Shown here: positions 16,292 through 26,444 of the stretch, one piece after another
Numbering within the stretch: the first letter of the stretch is position 1
Layout: each line of letters starts with the position of its first letter
Assembly (NCBI GenBank): GCA_964622255.1
Contig: CAZUPK010000098.1
Coordinates: 24,569-88,568 of the forward strand
Direction: 5' to 3'
Length of the DNA stretch: 64,000 nucleotides
From: an uncultured Campylobacterales bacterium
GTDB taxonomy: Bacteria > Campylobacterota > Campylobacteria > Campylobacterales > QNZT01
The notes under the pieces: generated by a model
Database searches by the model: none
What the model saw: the letters and a program-made list of their open reading frames with translations, nothing else
What the model was told of the DNA's origin: nothing
Translations under genes and position numbers: made by a program

Positions 16292-16702
16292 TTATTTTAT
16301 CTTTAAATCATCTTTCATTATTTCAAAAAGATCTTCTATTATCTCTTTTGTAACATCGTTATGAAAATCTCTTTGTATAAAATATATTTTTTTAAATGCT
16401 TTTTTTACTGTTATCCTTACATATCCATCATAACTTGCTTCATAAGCTGGAGTTAGCGGATTGTTGCAGTGTTGAGGATATTTTGAAGATTCTACAACGA
16501 TAGTGTAGGGAGATTTTGATAGTTTTATATCTGCTTCTTTTGCTGCTTTTAAGGTCAAGAGTTTTAAGTTTTTGTCAGTAGCTAAAAGAGTAAAAAAGTG
16601 AAGTTTTCCAACTTCCTCTTTTTGTAAAACTCTTTTAAAAGTTTTATCTTCACTACAACCAAAAATAAGTAGTAGTAAAGAAAATAAAAAACCTTTTAAC
16701 AT
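16292..16702 (-). CDS. hypothetical lipoprotein
   Basis: Signal peptide with lipobox LLLLIFGC. The ATG at 16702 overlaps the upstream stop (ATGTTAA), suggesting translational coupling. The track start at 16720 is also possible. Confidence 0.5.
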   Translation of the reverse strand: MLKGFLFSLLLLIFGCSEDKTFKRVLQKEEVGKLHFFTLLATDKNLKLLTLKAAKEADIKLSKSPYTIVVESSKYPQHCNNPLTPAYEASYDGYVRITVKKAFKKIYFIQRDFHNDVTKEIIEDLFEIMKDDLKIK

Positions 16703-17085
16703 TTTAGTGCTTTTGCCCATTCTTCCATAGTTTTGTGTCCTTGTTCACTTGGTGCTTCCATAAACTCTATGATAAAGCTATCTTCCATCTCGCAAATACC
16801 AATACTCCTTGGTCTAACAGCAGCAGCTTTTGTTGTAGGTATTTCTTTACCAAAACAAAAAATGATATTTTGGACATCTTTTATTTCCGGATTTATAGTA
16901 TGTTCCGGAAGAGACTTTGTATGAGAGTAATGATCAAAAGTTGCTATAAATGTTGCAACCGGATGAGCATCTATTTTTTCTTTAAAATACTCTATAAACT
17001 CTTTTACAGAAGTTTGTTTTACTTCATCTTTTTTTAACTCCAGTGTCCAAACTGGATATTTTTCTTTAAATGTTGATTGTGTCAT
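16696..17085 (-). CDS. hypothetical protein (129 aa), no family recognised
   Basis: Intact ORF with coding-like composition, coupled to the downstream lipoprotein gene. Confidence 0.4.
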   Translation of the reverse strand: MTQSTFKEKYPVWTLELKKDEVKQTSVKEFIEYFKEKIDAHPVATFIATFDHYSHTKSLPEHTINPEIKDVQNIIFCFGKEIPTTKAAAVRPRSIGICEMEDSFIIEFMEAPSEQGHKTMEEWAKALKC

Positions 17086-17125
17086 AATCTTCCCCTTATT
17101 TATAAAATAAGAAGAGATTATACTA

Positions 17126-18556
17126 TTAATTCTTTAAGAAATAGCTCTCAATACCGTCTGCAAAACCTTTTGCTATGCGATTTTGGTAGAAAGGGTTAAA
17201 AAGTCTTTTAGCCTCTGTTGGGTTTGTTATATATCCAACTTCAACTAAGACTGCAGGCATACCAGCTCCAACTAGCACCCAAAATGGAGCAGGGCGAACA
17301 CCTCCGTCTTTTATGTCATTATATTTTTCTCTTAGACTTTTAAGTATATTTGCCTGTATATCTATGGCTAATTTGTTTGATTGGATGATTTTTTCACGAT
17401 TTAAAAAGTTTAGTAGAGTATTTTTTGAAAGGATATCCATATTTATCAAAGAGGCGCGATTTTCTTTTTCTGCAACTTTTTTTGCTCTTTGACTTCTTGC
17501 AGGAGATAGATAGAAAGTCTCTATACCCTTTAGAGTAAATTTTTTTCTTCCCTCTATGGCATTTGCATGGATGGAGATAAAAAGATCGGCTTTTTTTACA
17601 TTTGCAAAGTGAGTTCTATCTTTTAAGTCTATAAATTTATCTCTACTTCTTGTCATATATACCCTATATCCTCTTTTTGTGAGTATTTTTTTCAATTTCA
17701 GTGCTATGGATAGGACAGCCTTTTTTTCTTGAAGTCTATTGTAACCTACTGCACCGCTATCTTTTCCTCCATGTCCTGGATCTATGACTATGGATTTTGA
17801 GTATTTTTGGATTTTTTTGTAACTTCTGTTATTAAATAACTCTTTTATCTTAAATCTCCTTTTAGTTACAATCTTCTTGCTAGATATCGTGTTTGATTTT
17901 AGGTTTGCTATATGAATAATGAGTTTATTGTCTTTAACAAATGCAGATGATTTGATATTTTTACTGTCTTCTAAAACCAATCTAATCTTATCTTTAGAGT
18001 TTTGAGATAGTTGAACTCTTTTAAGTCCATATATATTTATATTGGTATTTATATTTTTGGGAAGTATTGCTTTTATATCATACATATCTTTGTATCTTTT
18101 ATTGAAATTTAATTCAAAAAAAAGTACATCAGTATAGTTTATGTTTTTGTTAAATGTTATCTTTATCTCATCTTGATTTACTGAAATATCTTTTACATAT
18201 GTATCTGTTTTCTTCTTTTTCATAAACTCTTCTAAAGGTTTTACTTTATTTTTTTTAGTTTTAGTTATCCTTGATTTTGGCTTGTATGCTTTTTCTATAA
18301 AATGATATGAAGCATACTCCTTCTCATATGTAGAAGCATCCATACCGAGGAGATGTTTGCATCTTATAAGCCCTTTCAAAGCATACTTTAAAGCATCTTT
18401 ATCACTGTTTATAACTGCTTCAATATACACTTTTTCCAAATTATGCATAATAACGATGGTTTGATTTTTAGAGACAAAAGGTATCTTTCTATATAAAGAT
18501 ATTGCCTCTTGACTCAGAGCAGAAGCAAATAAAACTGTTACAAACAAGGCAATCAA
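17126..18556 (-). CDS. amiA: N-acetylmuramoyl-L-alanine amidase
   Basis: C-terminal Amidase_3 motifs (VIDPGHGGKDSGAVG, SIHANA, E.GY.TN). The N-terminal region is AMIN-like. Confidence 0.8.
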   Translation of the reverse strand: MIALFVTVLFASALSQEAISLYRKIPFVSKNQTIVIMHNLEKVYIEAVINSDKDALKYALKGLIRCKHLLGMDASTYEKEYASYHFIEKAYKPKSRITKTKKNKVKPLEEFMKKKKTDTYVKDISVNQDEIKITFNKNINYTDVLFFELNFNKRYKDMYDIKAILPKNINTNINIYGLKRVQLSQNSKDKIRLVLEDSKNIKSSAFVKDNKLIIHIANLKSNTISSKKIVTKRRFKIKELFNNRSYKKIQKYSKSIVIDPGHGGKDSGAVGYNRLQEKKAVLSIALKLKKILTKRGYRVYMTRSRDKFIDLKDRTHFANVKKADLFISIHANAIEGRKKFTLKGIETFYLSPARSQRAKKVAEKENRASLINMDILSKNTLLNFLNREKIIQSNKLAIDIQANILKSLREKYNDIKDGGVRPAPFWVLVGAGMPAVLVEVGYITNPTEAKRLFNPFYQNRIAKGFADGIESYFLKN

Positions 18557-18576
18557 AAAGATTATTTTTTTAATAA

Positions 18577-19650
18577 CTACTCTCCATATATAAGTTTATC
18601 TATCAACTCTTTTACTGTTATGATTTTATCAAGTCTATAACCATAAGCACCTGTAAAAAAAAGTCCTGTATCAACATCGCCTTGATAAGCTGCACTTAGT
18701 CTATCAGCAATGCAGTAGCCAACCCGTTTTGCTTCTATACCCTTTTTACAAGGGGCAACACAGTTAGATATACACTTTATCTTTGGTGCAGTTCCCTCTT
18801 CTATACTTTTTTGAAGTTTTGTTCTAACTCCTCTAGCCGGAAGTCCAACAGGCGATTTTAAAAGTTCTATGTCCTCTTTTTTAGCATTTAGTAAAACTTG
18901 TTTAAAATTATCACTAGCATCACATTCAACAGTAGCTATAAATCTAGTAGCCATCTGCACTCCGTCACATCCCATATCCAAAAATTTATCTATATCTTTT
19001 TTATCCCAAATGCCTCCAGCTGCTATAACCGGTATATCTCCACATCTTTTAGCCTCTTGTATTACCGGTGGAACTATATTTTCTAACTGATACTCCTCTT
19101 GAAAACATTGTTCATAGGAGAATCCTTGATGTCCTCCACTTAGTGGTCCCTCTACTATAACTGCATCTGGGATTTTGTTGTATCTTTTCCATTTTTTACA
19201 TATAAGTTTTAAAGCTCTCGCACTTGAGACTATAGGAATAAGAGCAACATCCGGAAACTCTGCAGTAAATTCGGGCATATTTGTTGGAAGTCCAGCTCCG
19301 GTTATGATCATATTTGCTCCAGCTTTACAAGCATCTTTTACTATTCTTCCATAGTCATTTGACGCGTATAGGACATTACAAGCTAGTGGTGCACCACCGC
19401 AAATCTTTCTTGCATTTTCAAATATCTTATGAAGAGCCTCTGTTGAGTAAAAGTTTGTTTCGTGTAGTGGTTTTCCCTCTACTAACTCTTTTGCATACTT
19501 TTTATTTTTATAGTAGCCGGTTCCAACACTACTTATAACCCCCAAGCCTCCCTCTTTAGAGACTGTTCCGGCTAGTCTATCCCAGCTTATACCAACTCCC
19601 ATACCACCTTGGACAATAGGGTATTTTATCTCATATTTACCTATTTTCAT
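18577..19650 (-). CDS. nitronate monooxygenase / FabK-family FMN oxidoreductase
   Basis: 357 aa. Motifs IVQGGMGVGIS, ITGAGLP and GPLSGGH are typical of the NMO (2-nitropropane dioxygenase-like) TIM-barrel family. Confidence 0.7.
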   Translation of the reverse strand: MKIGKYEIKYPIVQGGMGVGISWDRLAGTVSKEGGLGVISSVGTGYYKNKKYAKELVEGKPLHETNFYSTEALHKIFENARKICGGAPLACNVLYASNDYGRIVKDACKAGANMIITGAGLPTNMPEFTAEFPDVALIPIVSSARALKLICKKWKRYNKIPDAVIVEGPLSGGHQGFSYEQCFQEEYQLENIVPPVIQEAKRCGDIPVIAAGGIWDKKDIDKFLDMGCDGVQMATRFIATVECDASDNFKQVLLNAKKEDIELLKSPVGLPARGVRTKLQKSIEEGTAPKIKCISNCVAPCKKGIEAKRVGYCIADRLSAAYQGDVDTGLFFTGAYGYRLDKIITVKELIDKLIYGE

Positions 19651-19654
19651 TTTT

Positions 19655-20860
19655 TCAAACCGCCTTTATTTTTGCAAATTTTCTTTTACCTATTTGAACT
19701 ATAAATTTGCCACTTTTTAGTTTTAGTTGTTCATCATTTAACTTTTTTCCATCTATCTTAACCGCACCCTGTTTTATATCTCTCCTAGCTTGAGATGTCG
19801 ATGGTTCTAAACCTATCTCAACTAAAGCTTTTGCTATCCAAGTTCCCTTTTGTAATTTGAAAGTTTTTATATCGCTTGGAATACTATTTTTGCTAAAAAC
19901 TACATTAAACTCATCTTTTGCCTTTTTAGCATCACTAGCAGAGTGAAATCTTGTTGTTATTTCAAGAGCTAACTCCTCTTTAACCTTTTTGGGATGAAGT
20001 TTTTCTTCATCAACACCTCTTTTTAGCTCATCTATTTCTTGAACACTTTTTGAGCTTAAAAGGTTGTAATATTTCCACATCAACTCATCTGAGATACTTA
20101 AAATTTTTGCATACATATCTTTTGGAGTATCAGTTATACCTATATAATTTTTTAAAGATTTACTCATCTTTTGGACACCGTCAAGTCCCTCTATGATAGG
20201 CATCATAATAACTGCTTGTTCCTTACCTATCCCATAGGCTTTTTGAAGTTGCCTTCCCATAAGAAGGTTGAACTTTTGATCAGTTCCACCTATCTCTATA
20301 TCACTTTTTAAATAAACACTATCATACCCTTGTAAAAGTGGATATATAAACTCACTTATAGCTATAGGAGTATTGTTTTTATATCTTTTATCAAAATCAT
20401 CTCTTTCTAGCATCCTTGCTACTGTTTGATTCATACAAAGAGCTATGATGCCTCTAGCTCCAAGCTCATCAAGCCACTTTGAGTTAAAAACTATCTGGGT
20501 TTTTTCTTTGTCTAGGATTTTAAAAACTTGCTCTTGATATGTTTTTGCATTTTTTATAACCTCTTGCTTTTTAAGAGTAGGGCGAAGAGAATTTTTCCCA
20601 CTAGGATCCCCTATAGTTGCTGTAAAATCTCCTATTAGAAGCTGAACTATACCCCCATATTTTTGAAAAGTAGCCGCTTTTTGTATAGGCACGGTATGTC
20701 CTAAGTGAATGTCTGGACTTGTTGGATCAACACCAAATTTTACATAGTAGTTTTTGCCACTTTCTAAATATTCTTTTAAAAGTTTTTCTATTTTTTCTTC
20801 ATCTATTATCTCCGTTGTCGCTCTTTTTATATCTACTAAAGCATCTTCTAGTTTAAACAC
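19655..20860 (-). CDS. tyrS: tyrosyl-tRNA synthetase
   Basis: HLGH (PDIHLGH) and KMSKS class I motifs, plus a C-terminal S4-like domain. Confidence 0.9.
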   Translation of the reverse strand: MFKLEDALVDIKRATTEIIDEEKIEKLLKEYLESGKNYYVKFGVDPTSPDIHLGHTVPIQKAATFQKYGGIVQLLIGDFTATIGDPSGKNSLRPTLKKQEVIKNAKTYQEQVFKILDKEKTQIVFNSKWLDELGARGIIALCMNQTVARMLERDDFDKRYKNNTPIAISEFIYPLLQGYDSVYLKSDIEIGGTDQKFNLLMGRQLQKAYGIGKEQAVIMMPIIEGLDGVQKMSKSLKNYIGITDTPKDMYAKILSISDELMWKYYNLLSSKSVQEIDELKRGVDEEKLHPKKVKEELALEITTRFHSASDAKKAKDEFNVVFSKNSIPSDIKTFKLQKGTWIAKALVEIGLEPSTSQARRDIKQGAVKIDGKKLNDEQLKLKSGKFIVQIGKRKFAKIKAV

Positions 20861-20875
20861 TTTTACTTCCTTCTT

Positions 20876-23047
20876 TTATATTTTATATGCATCATCGAGT
20901 GGATAAAAATCTATTATTTTATAATACTCACTCTTTTTGTTTAATATCTTCCCTTTAGCATCATCCCTATCTTTTGGTATCTCAACTATGATTTCAAAGT
21001 AAGCCATAAGTGAGTCTTCACTCTTTGATAGGTTGATGTTGAGTAAGTCGATTTCGATTTTAGCTAAATATTGTAAAAATTTAGCTAAAGTTCCTTTTTT
21101 ATTTTCTATACTTACTATAAGTTTGTATTGACTATTTTTCATCTCTCCCCATTTTATAAAGATAGCTTTTTCCTTTTGATTAATAAGCTTTTGAGCATGT
21201 GAGCAAAACTTATGATGAACTACTATTTCATTTTTATAAATAATAGCTACTATTTCATCTCCTTGTTTTGGATGGCAACAAAAATCAAAAGAGAGTTTAG
21301 AATAGTTGTTGGTTGAGTAAATTACAAATTTATCAAAAATTTTTTTTTGCAGTTTGAAAGATTTTAAAGGGGATATGATAGGTATGATTTTTCTATTTTT
21401 TATCAAAGATCTCCTTATCTTTGTAATGGTTGTTTGTAAAAAGTTTTTATTTGTCGTGCATTTGTGAAGATTTTTTTCTAAATCCTCTCTTTTTAAAACT
21501 TTATCTGAATTTTTCTCTTTTATATTAAATTCGCTTAAAAGTATATTTTTAGCTATTTTACTATCCAACTCTTTTCTTTTGACTTTACAGTTTTGAACCA
21601 TAATACTTCTAGCATGGGAGGTTTTAACAGAGTTTATCCAACTACATCTAAGATTTGGTTTATCAGAGGTTACAATCTTTACCATATCCCCATTTTTTAA
21701 CTCTGTTAAAAACGGAACTCTTTTTTTGTTTAAGTAAGCTTCTTTTGCATAGAGTCCAACTTCACTATGAACAGCATAAGCAAAGTCAAGTATAATTGCA
21801 CCGCGAGGTAGGGTAAATAGATCTCCTTTTGGAGAAAAAACCGATATATCTTCACTATAAAGCCCTTTTTCAGTAGCTAAGATGAGTTCATCTAACTCAT
21901 TATTTCTTTGGCTATCATCTTTTAGTTCACTTAGCCACGAAAGATTTGGGCTTAAACCTTCATGTCCTTTATATTTCCAGTGAGATGCTATACCATACTC
22001 AGCAGTTTTGTGCATATCAAAAGTTCTTATTTGAAGTTCAAATATCCTTGATTTATGAAAAACTGTTGTATGGAGAGTTTGATAAGCATTATCTTTGGGT
22101 ATAGCTATGTAATCTTTAAATCTAGCTATCAAAGGGCGGTAATTTTGATGCACTATCCCTAAAACTTGGTAACAATCAAGTGGGTTGTAAACCAAAACTC
22201 TTAGAGCTAAAAGATCTAACACCTCCTCTATGCTAACTCCCTTTCGTTGCATCTTTTGATAAATGGAGTATTTGTGTTTTATTCTGCTTTGTATTTCAAA
22301 ACTTCCATCGACAAAACCATTTTTTAGCATATGGTTTTTTACTTCAGTGATAAAGTTGTTTAGTTTTAGTTGTAAATCTTGTAAATGGCTTTCTATATAG
22401 TTTGTTATCTCTTGATATTTTTTTGGAAATAAGTAGTAAAAACACCTATCTTCTAGAAAGTTTTTTATCTTTCCTATACCAAGTCGGTGAGCTATTGGAA
22501 CATAAACAACCAAAGTTTCCTCTGTTATTCGTTTTTGTTTTTGTTTACTTAGTGCATCTAAAGTTAGCATATTGTGAACTCTATCGCACAGTTTGATAAC
22601 CAAAACTCTAACATCTTCTATCGAAGATATAAGCATTTTTCTAAAAGTTAATGCAGAGGAGATAAGTTTTTTATTTGAAGATGAGGATAGGAGTTCTTCC
22701 TCTCTAATCTCAGTTATCTTTGTTAGTCCGTCAACTATACTTTTTATATTTTTACCAAACTTATTTTCTATATCTTCTATCGTTACATCGGTATCTTCTA
22801 CGGTATCGTGTAAGAGTGCTGATATAACCATTTCGTCATCACCACCTATTAGTTTTACTATAACAGCTACAAGTATGGGATGGATGATGTATGGTTCACC
22901 ACTTTTTCTATACTGTTCTTGATGAGCTTTTTTAGCAAATAAAAGAGCTTCTTTGATACCCTTATTTTTACCGCATAACTGAAATAAACACTCTTTTGCA
23001 CTCTCTACATCTTTTATGTGTTTTAGAGAGTCTAGGGTTTTATTCAA
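20876..23047 (-). CDS. spoT: bifunctional (p)ppGpp synthetase/hydrolase
   Basis: 723 aa. HD domain (LLHDTVEDT), RelA/SpoT synthetase region, TGS and ACT-like C-terminus. Sits downstream of rpoZ as in Campylobacter. Confidence 0.9.
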   Translation of the reverse strand: MNKTLDSLKHIKDVESAKECLFQLCGKNKGIKEALLFAKKAHQEQYRKSGEPYIIHPILVAVIVKLIGGDDEMVISALLHDTVEDTDVTIEDIENKFGKNIKSIVDGLTKITEIREEELLSSSSNKKLISSALTFRKMLISSIEDVRVLVIKLCDRVHNMLTLDALSKQKQKRITEETLVVYVPIAHRLGIGKIKNFLEDRCFYYLFPKKYQEITNYIESHLQDLQLKLNNFITEVKNHMLKNGFVDGSFEIQSRIKHKYSIYQKMQRKGVSIEEVLDLLALRVLVYNPLDCYQVLGIVHQNYRPLIARFKDYIAIPKDNAYQTLHTTVFHKSRIFELQIRTFDMHKTAEYGIASHWKYKGHEGLSPNLSWLSELKDDSQRNNELDELILATEKGLYSEDISVFSPKGDLFTLPRGAIILDFAYAVHSEVGLYAKEAYLNKKRVPFLTELKNGDMVKIVTSDKPNLRCSWINSVKTSHARSIMVQNCKVKRKELDSKIAKNILLSEFNIKEKNSDKVLKREDLEKNLHKCTTNKNFLQTTITKIRRSLIKNRKIIPIISPLKSFKLQKKIFDKFVIYSTNNYSKLSFDFCCHPKQGDEIVAIIYKNEIVVHHKFCSHAQKLINQKEKAIFIKWGEMKNSQYKLIVSIENKKGTLAKFLQYLAKIEIDLLNINLSKSEDSLMAYFEIIVEIPKDRDDAKGKILNKKSEYYKIIDFYPLDDAYKI

Positions 23048-23053
23048 GTGTAG

Positions 23054-23269
23054 TTACTTTTGCTCTATGGTATCTAACTTTATAACTCCCTTAGCTATCT
23101 CCATAAGGGCGATATCTGTGTATTTTAAATTTTTATTTTTTTTCATATCTATCAAAGGTTCACTTCCATTTGAAAGTTCATTTGCTCTTTGTGATACCAT
23201 AAGTGACAAAACATAGTTATCGTTATTAACTTGTTTTAATGCCTTTGATACTATTTGCTCCAATCTCAT
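23054..23269 (-). CDS. rpoZ: RNA polymerase omega subunit
   Basis: 71 aa. N-terminal MRLEQIVSKAL..NDNYVLSLMVSQRANEL. Lies between pyrH and spoT. Confidence 0.75.
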   Translation of the reverse strand: MRLEQIVSKALKQVNNDNYVLSLMVSQRANELSNGSEPLIDMKKNKNLKYTDIALMEIAKGVIKLDTIEQK

Positions 23270-23280
23270 TTTTATTCCTT

Positions 23281-24018
<738 letters not shown>

Positions 24019-24037
24019 TTAGTTGGATATTTTATCA

Positions 24038-24871
24038 TTAAAAGATTATAGTTTTATTATTGTAAACAAAAACTCTATCGTCAAATACCAAGTCAAGTGC
24101 ATAATTTAAAACAGCTTTTTCAACCTCCCTTCCTGCTCTTTGCATATCTTTCCAGCTAAATTCGTGATTTACTCTTATAACATCTTGATGAATAATAGGT
24201 CCTTCATCTAAGTTATCATTTACAAAATGAGCGGTTGCACCTATGATTTTTACACCTCTGTTATATGCTTGTTTGTAAGGGTTTGCTCCAATGAAAGCTG
24301 GTAAAAATGAGTGATGAATGTTTATAATTTTTTCTTCATATTCTTTTACAAAGTCATTTGAGAGGATTCTCATATACTTTGCTAAAACTATATAATCAAG
24401 ATTATAGCCTGATAAAGTTTTCAATACCTTTTTTTCATGTTCACTTCTACTTTTGTTTTCAGCAGTGATATGAAAAAAAGGGATATTAAACTTTTCCACT
24501 AACTCTCTTAATGTGTTATGATTTGCTATGACTGCTAAGATATTGGCATTTAACTCACCGCTATAGTGTTTTATGAGTATATCTCCTAAAGAGTGAGATT
24601 CTTTTGTTGCCATAATTACTATATCTTTTTTTCTTTGTAACCTTATCGTGATAGAAGCATCTTTAGGTAGAGTTTTTTCTAACTGTCTTAATAAGTCTTT
24701 TTTATCAAATTCTCCAAAAACTATGGCTCTAAAGAAAAACTTTCTATTTTCTTCATCAACATATTCACTGTTTTTTTCTATATTTAGTTTATTTTTATAA
24801 AGTATGTTAGAAATGTGATAAACAAGTCCCTTTTTATCACTACATAAAATCTTTATGATATATTTATTCAA
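24038..24871 (-). CDS. purU: formyltetrahydrofolate deformylase
   Basis: N-terminal ACT-like domain plus a formyltransferase core (NIHHSFLPAF.GA.PY, GATAHFV). TTG start. Confidence 0.85.
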   Translation of the reverse strand: MNKYIIKILCSDKKGLVYHISNILYKNKLNIEKNSEYVDEENRKFFFRAIVFGEFDKKDLLRQLEKTLPKDASITIRLQRKKDIVIMATKESHSLGDILIKHYSGELNANILAVIANHNTLRELVEKFNIPFFHITAENKSRSEHEKKVLKTLSGYNLDYIVLAKYMRILSNDFVKEYEEKIINIHHSFLPAFIGANPYKQAYNRGVKIIGATAHFVNDNLDEGPIIHQDVIRVNHEFSWKDMQRAGREVEKAVLNYALDLVFDDRVFVYNNKTIIF

Positions 24872-24926
24872 GATATAATCCTTAAAACTTTGAAGGTTCT
24901 ATTTAGTGTCTTTTGGGATTATATCT
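24871..24926 (-). promoter_or_regulatory. perfect 11-bp inverted repeat spanning the purU ribosome-binding region
   Basis: AGATATAATCC (24871-24881) pairs with GGATTATATCT (24916-24926). On the minus-strand RNA the downstream arm contains the AAGGA Shine-Dalgarno and ends at the TTG start. Confidence 0.35.
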
Positions 24927-24934
24927 TAAAAAGT

Positions 24935-25420
24935 TTAAACAGTTGTGTGAAGCTCTATCCTATCTAAAAAACTCTCTACCGTATCATCCTCTTTATGATA
25001 TGTGATAGTATAATTTAACTCTACCTTTTTATCACTATAATCTTTTCCTTCGATGATACTTTTGAGTAAAAATGCTATTTTTTGGGCAGATTCTATCGTG
25101 CATTCTAAAAGTAAGAGGACAAATTCTCCCTCACTCCACTTTACTAAAAGATCAGTATTTCTTATTTCATATCTTATTCTTTCTATAATTCTATCTAAAT
25201 CGTCACCGCTAACTGGAGTTCGAACATCTTTATACATAACATTAAAGTGAACTCCTGAGAGATTTTTTTCCTCATGTCTATCGTTGTGTATCTCATCGTT
25301 TACTATAGCTTGAAGTTTTTGTTTAGTATATGATTTAAGGTATTCTTCAAAATCGATTTTGTCTTTTATCTGCTCAAGCTTTATAAACTCTTTTATAAAA
25401 AATACTTTTTTACCTAGCAT
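24935..25420 (-). CDS. degenerate GGDEF-like domain protein (SEGEF in place of GGDEF)
   Basis: RNTDLLVKWSEGEFVLLLLECTIESAQKIA matches the D.v.R.GGDEF.lll....eA core pattern. The N-terminal half of a true GGDEF domain is missing. The ATG at 25420 has an AAGGA RBS. The track start at 25531 sits inside a promoter-like TTGCAA. Confidence 0.45.
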   Translation of the reverse strand: MLGKKVFFIKEFIKLEQIKDKIDFEEYLKSYTKQKLQAIVNDEIHNDRHEEKNLSGVHFNVMYKDVRTPVSGDDLDRIIERIRYEIRNTDLLVKWSEGEFVLLLLECTIESAQKIAFLLKSIIEGKDYSDKKVELNYTITYHKEDDTVESFLDRIELHTTV

Positions 25421-25503
25421 AATTTTATCCTTTGTTTTTGTTCTTAAAACTACAATCGGATAAAGTAAAAATTTTATTAACATTTTAAAACATTTGTCAT
25501 ACA

Positions 25504-25531
25504 ATTTTACTTTTATGTTACTTTTTTGCAA
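25504..25531 (-). promoter_or_regulatory. sigma70-like promoter (TTGCAA-16 nt-TAAAAT) for the GGDEF-like gene
   Basis: Read on the minus strand: -35 at 25531-25526, -10 at 25509-25504. Confidence 0.35.
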
Positions 25532-25660
25532 CTAAACTTTACCAATATGAAGTATGTTTACATATGTGGTCAATTTATAAAAAATACTTCACATCAGATT
25601 TTATCAGAAAAAGATAGATTTTTTTTTAAAGTTTTTGATTAGTTTTCCGATATGGTTAGG

Positions 25661-25715
25661 AGTTCAAAGTGCCACTAAAACACTCCTCCTCGTAATTTGG
25701 TGCTTTGAACTTTTT
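25661..25715 (+). terminator. 14-bp stem-loop followed by a T run (plus-strand intrinsic terminator-like)
   Basis: AGTTCAAAGTGCCA (25661-25674) pairs with TGGTGCTTTGAACT (25698-25711), then TTTTT. Two pairs are G-T on the plus strand, and these would be A-C mismatches on the minus strand. The loop carries CACTCCTCCTCG. Confidence 0.4.
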
Positions 25716-26424
25716 ATATATTTAAAGCCCTTTTTAAATCATATACAGTGTCTATACCAAAACTGGAAGTTTCAACTTCTACCATAAGTATTTTTCCTCC
25801 GTGATATAAGGCTCTTAATTGTTCAAGCTTTTCTATATCTTCTAGTGGAGCAGTAGGAAGTGAGCAAAAATTACTCAAACTTTTTTTTGAAAAACCATAT
25901 ATACCTATATGTCCGAGGTAACTTTCTACTTTTCCTCTGTTGTAAGGAATCTTACTTCTTGAAAAATATATAGCTTGGTTTTTGTTGTTAAGCACAACTT
26001 TTACAAGGTTTGGATCATCAGCATAAAACTTATCTATTCTTTTATAACAACTAACCATCATAAAATCTTCATTTTTTTCTATGGCACTTTTTACCCTGTC
26101 ATAAACTTTTTGAACAACTTCAGCTTCTATAAATGGTTCGTCAGCTTGAACATTTATAATTATCTCACTATCATTCAAAGATAGTTTTTTTGTAACTTCA
26201 TTTATTCTATCAGTTCCACTTTTGTGGTTAGTATCAGTTATGATGGCTTCAAAACCATATTCATTTGCCCTATCTATAACCTCTTTTGAGTCTGTGGCTA
26301 TAACAACTCTGTCTATACTTTCAACCCTCTTAGCAGTAGCTATAACCATAGGAAGTCCGTTTATATCTACTAAAACTTTGTTTGGAAATCTTGTAGAGCC
26401 TAGTCTTGCTGGGATGATAATCAT
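25714..26424 (-). CDS. kdsB: 3-deoxy-manno-octulosonate cytidylyltransferase
   Basis: MIIIPARLGSTRFPNKVL N-terminus and VQADEP motif. Confidence 0.85.
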   Translation of the reverse strand: MIIIPARLGSTRFPNKVLVDINGLPMVIATAKRVESIDRVVIATDSKEVIDRANEYGFEAIITDTNHKSGTDRINEVTKKLSLNDSEIIINVQADEPFIEAEVVQKVYDRVKSAIEKNEDFMMVSCYKRIDKFYADDPNLVKVVLNNKNQAIYFSRSKIPYNRGKVESYLGHIGIYGFSKKSLSNFCSLPTAPLEDIEKLEQLRALYHGGKILMVEVETSSFGIDTVYDLKRALNI

Positions 26425-26444
26425 AATAGTTCCTATATTTTTTT

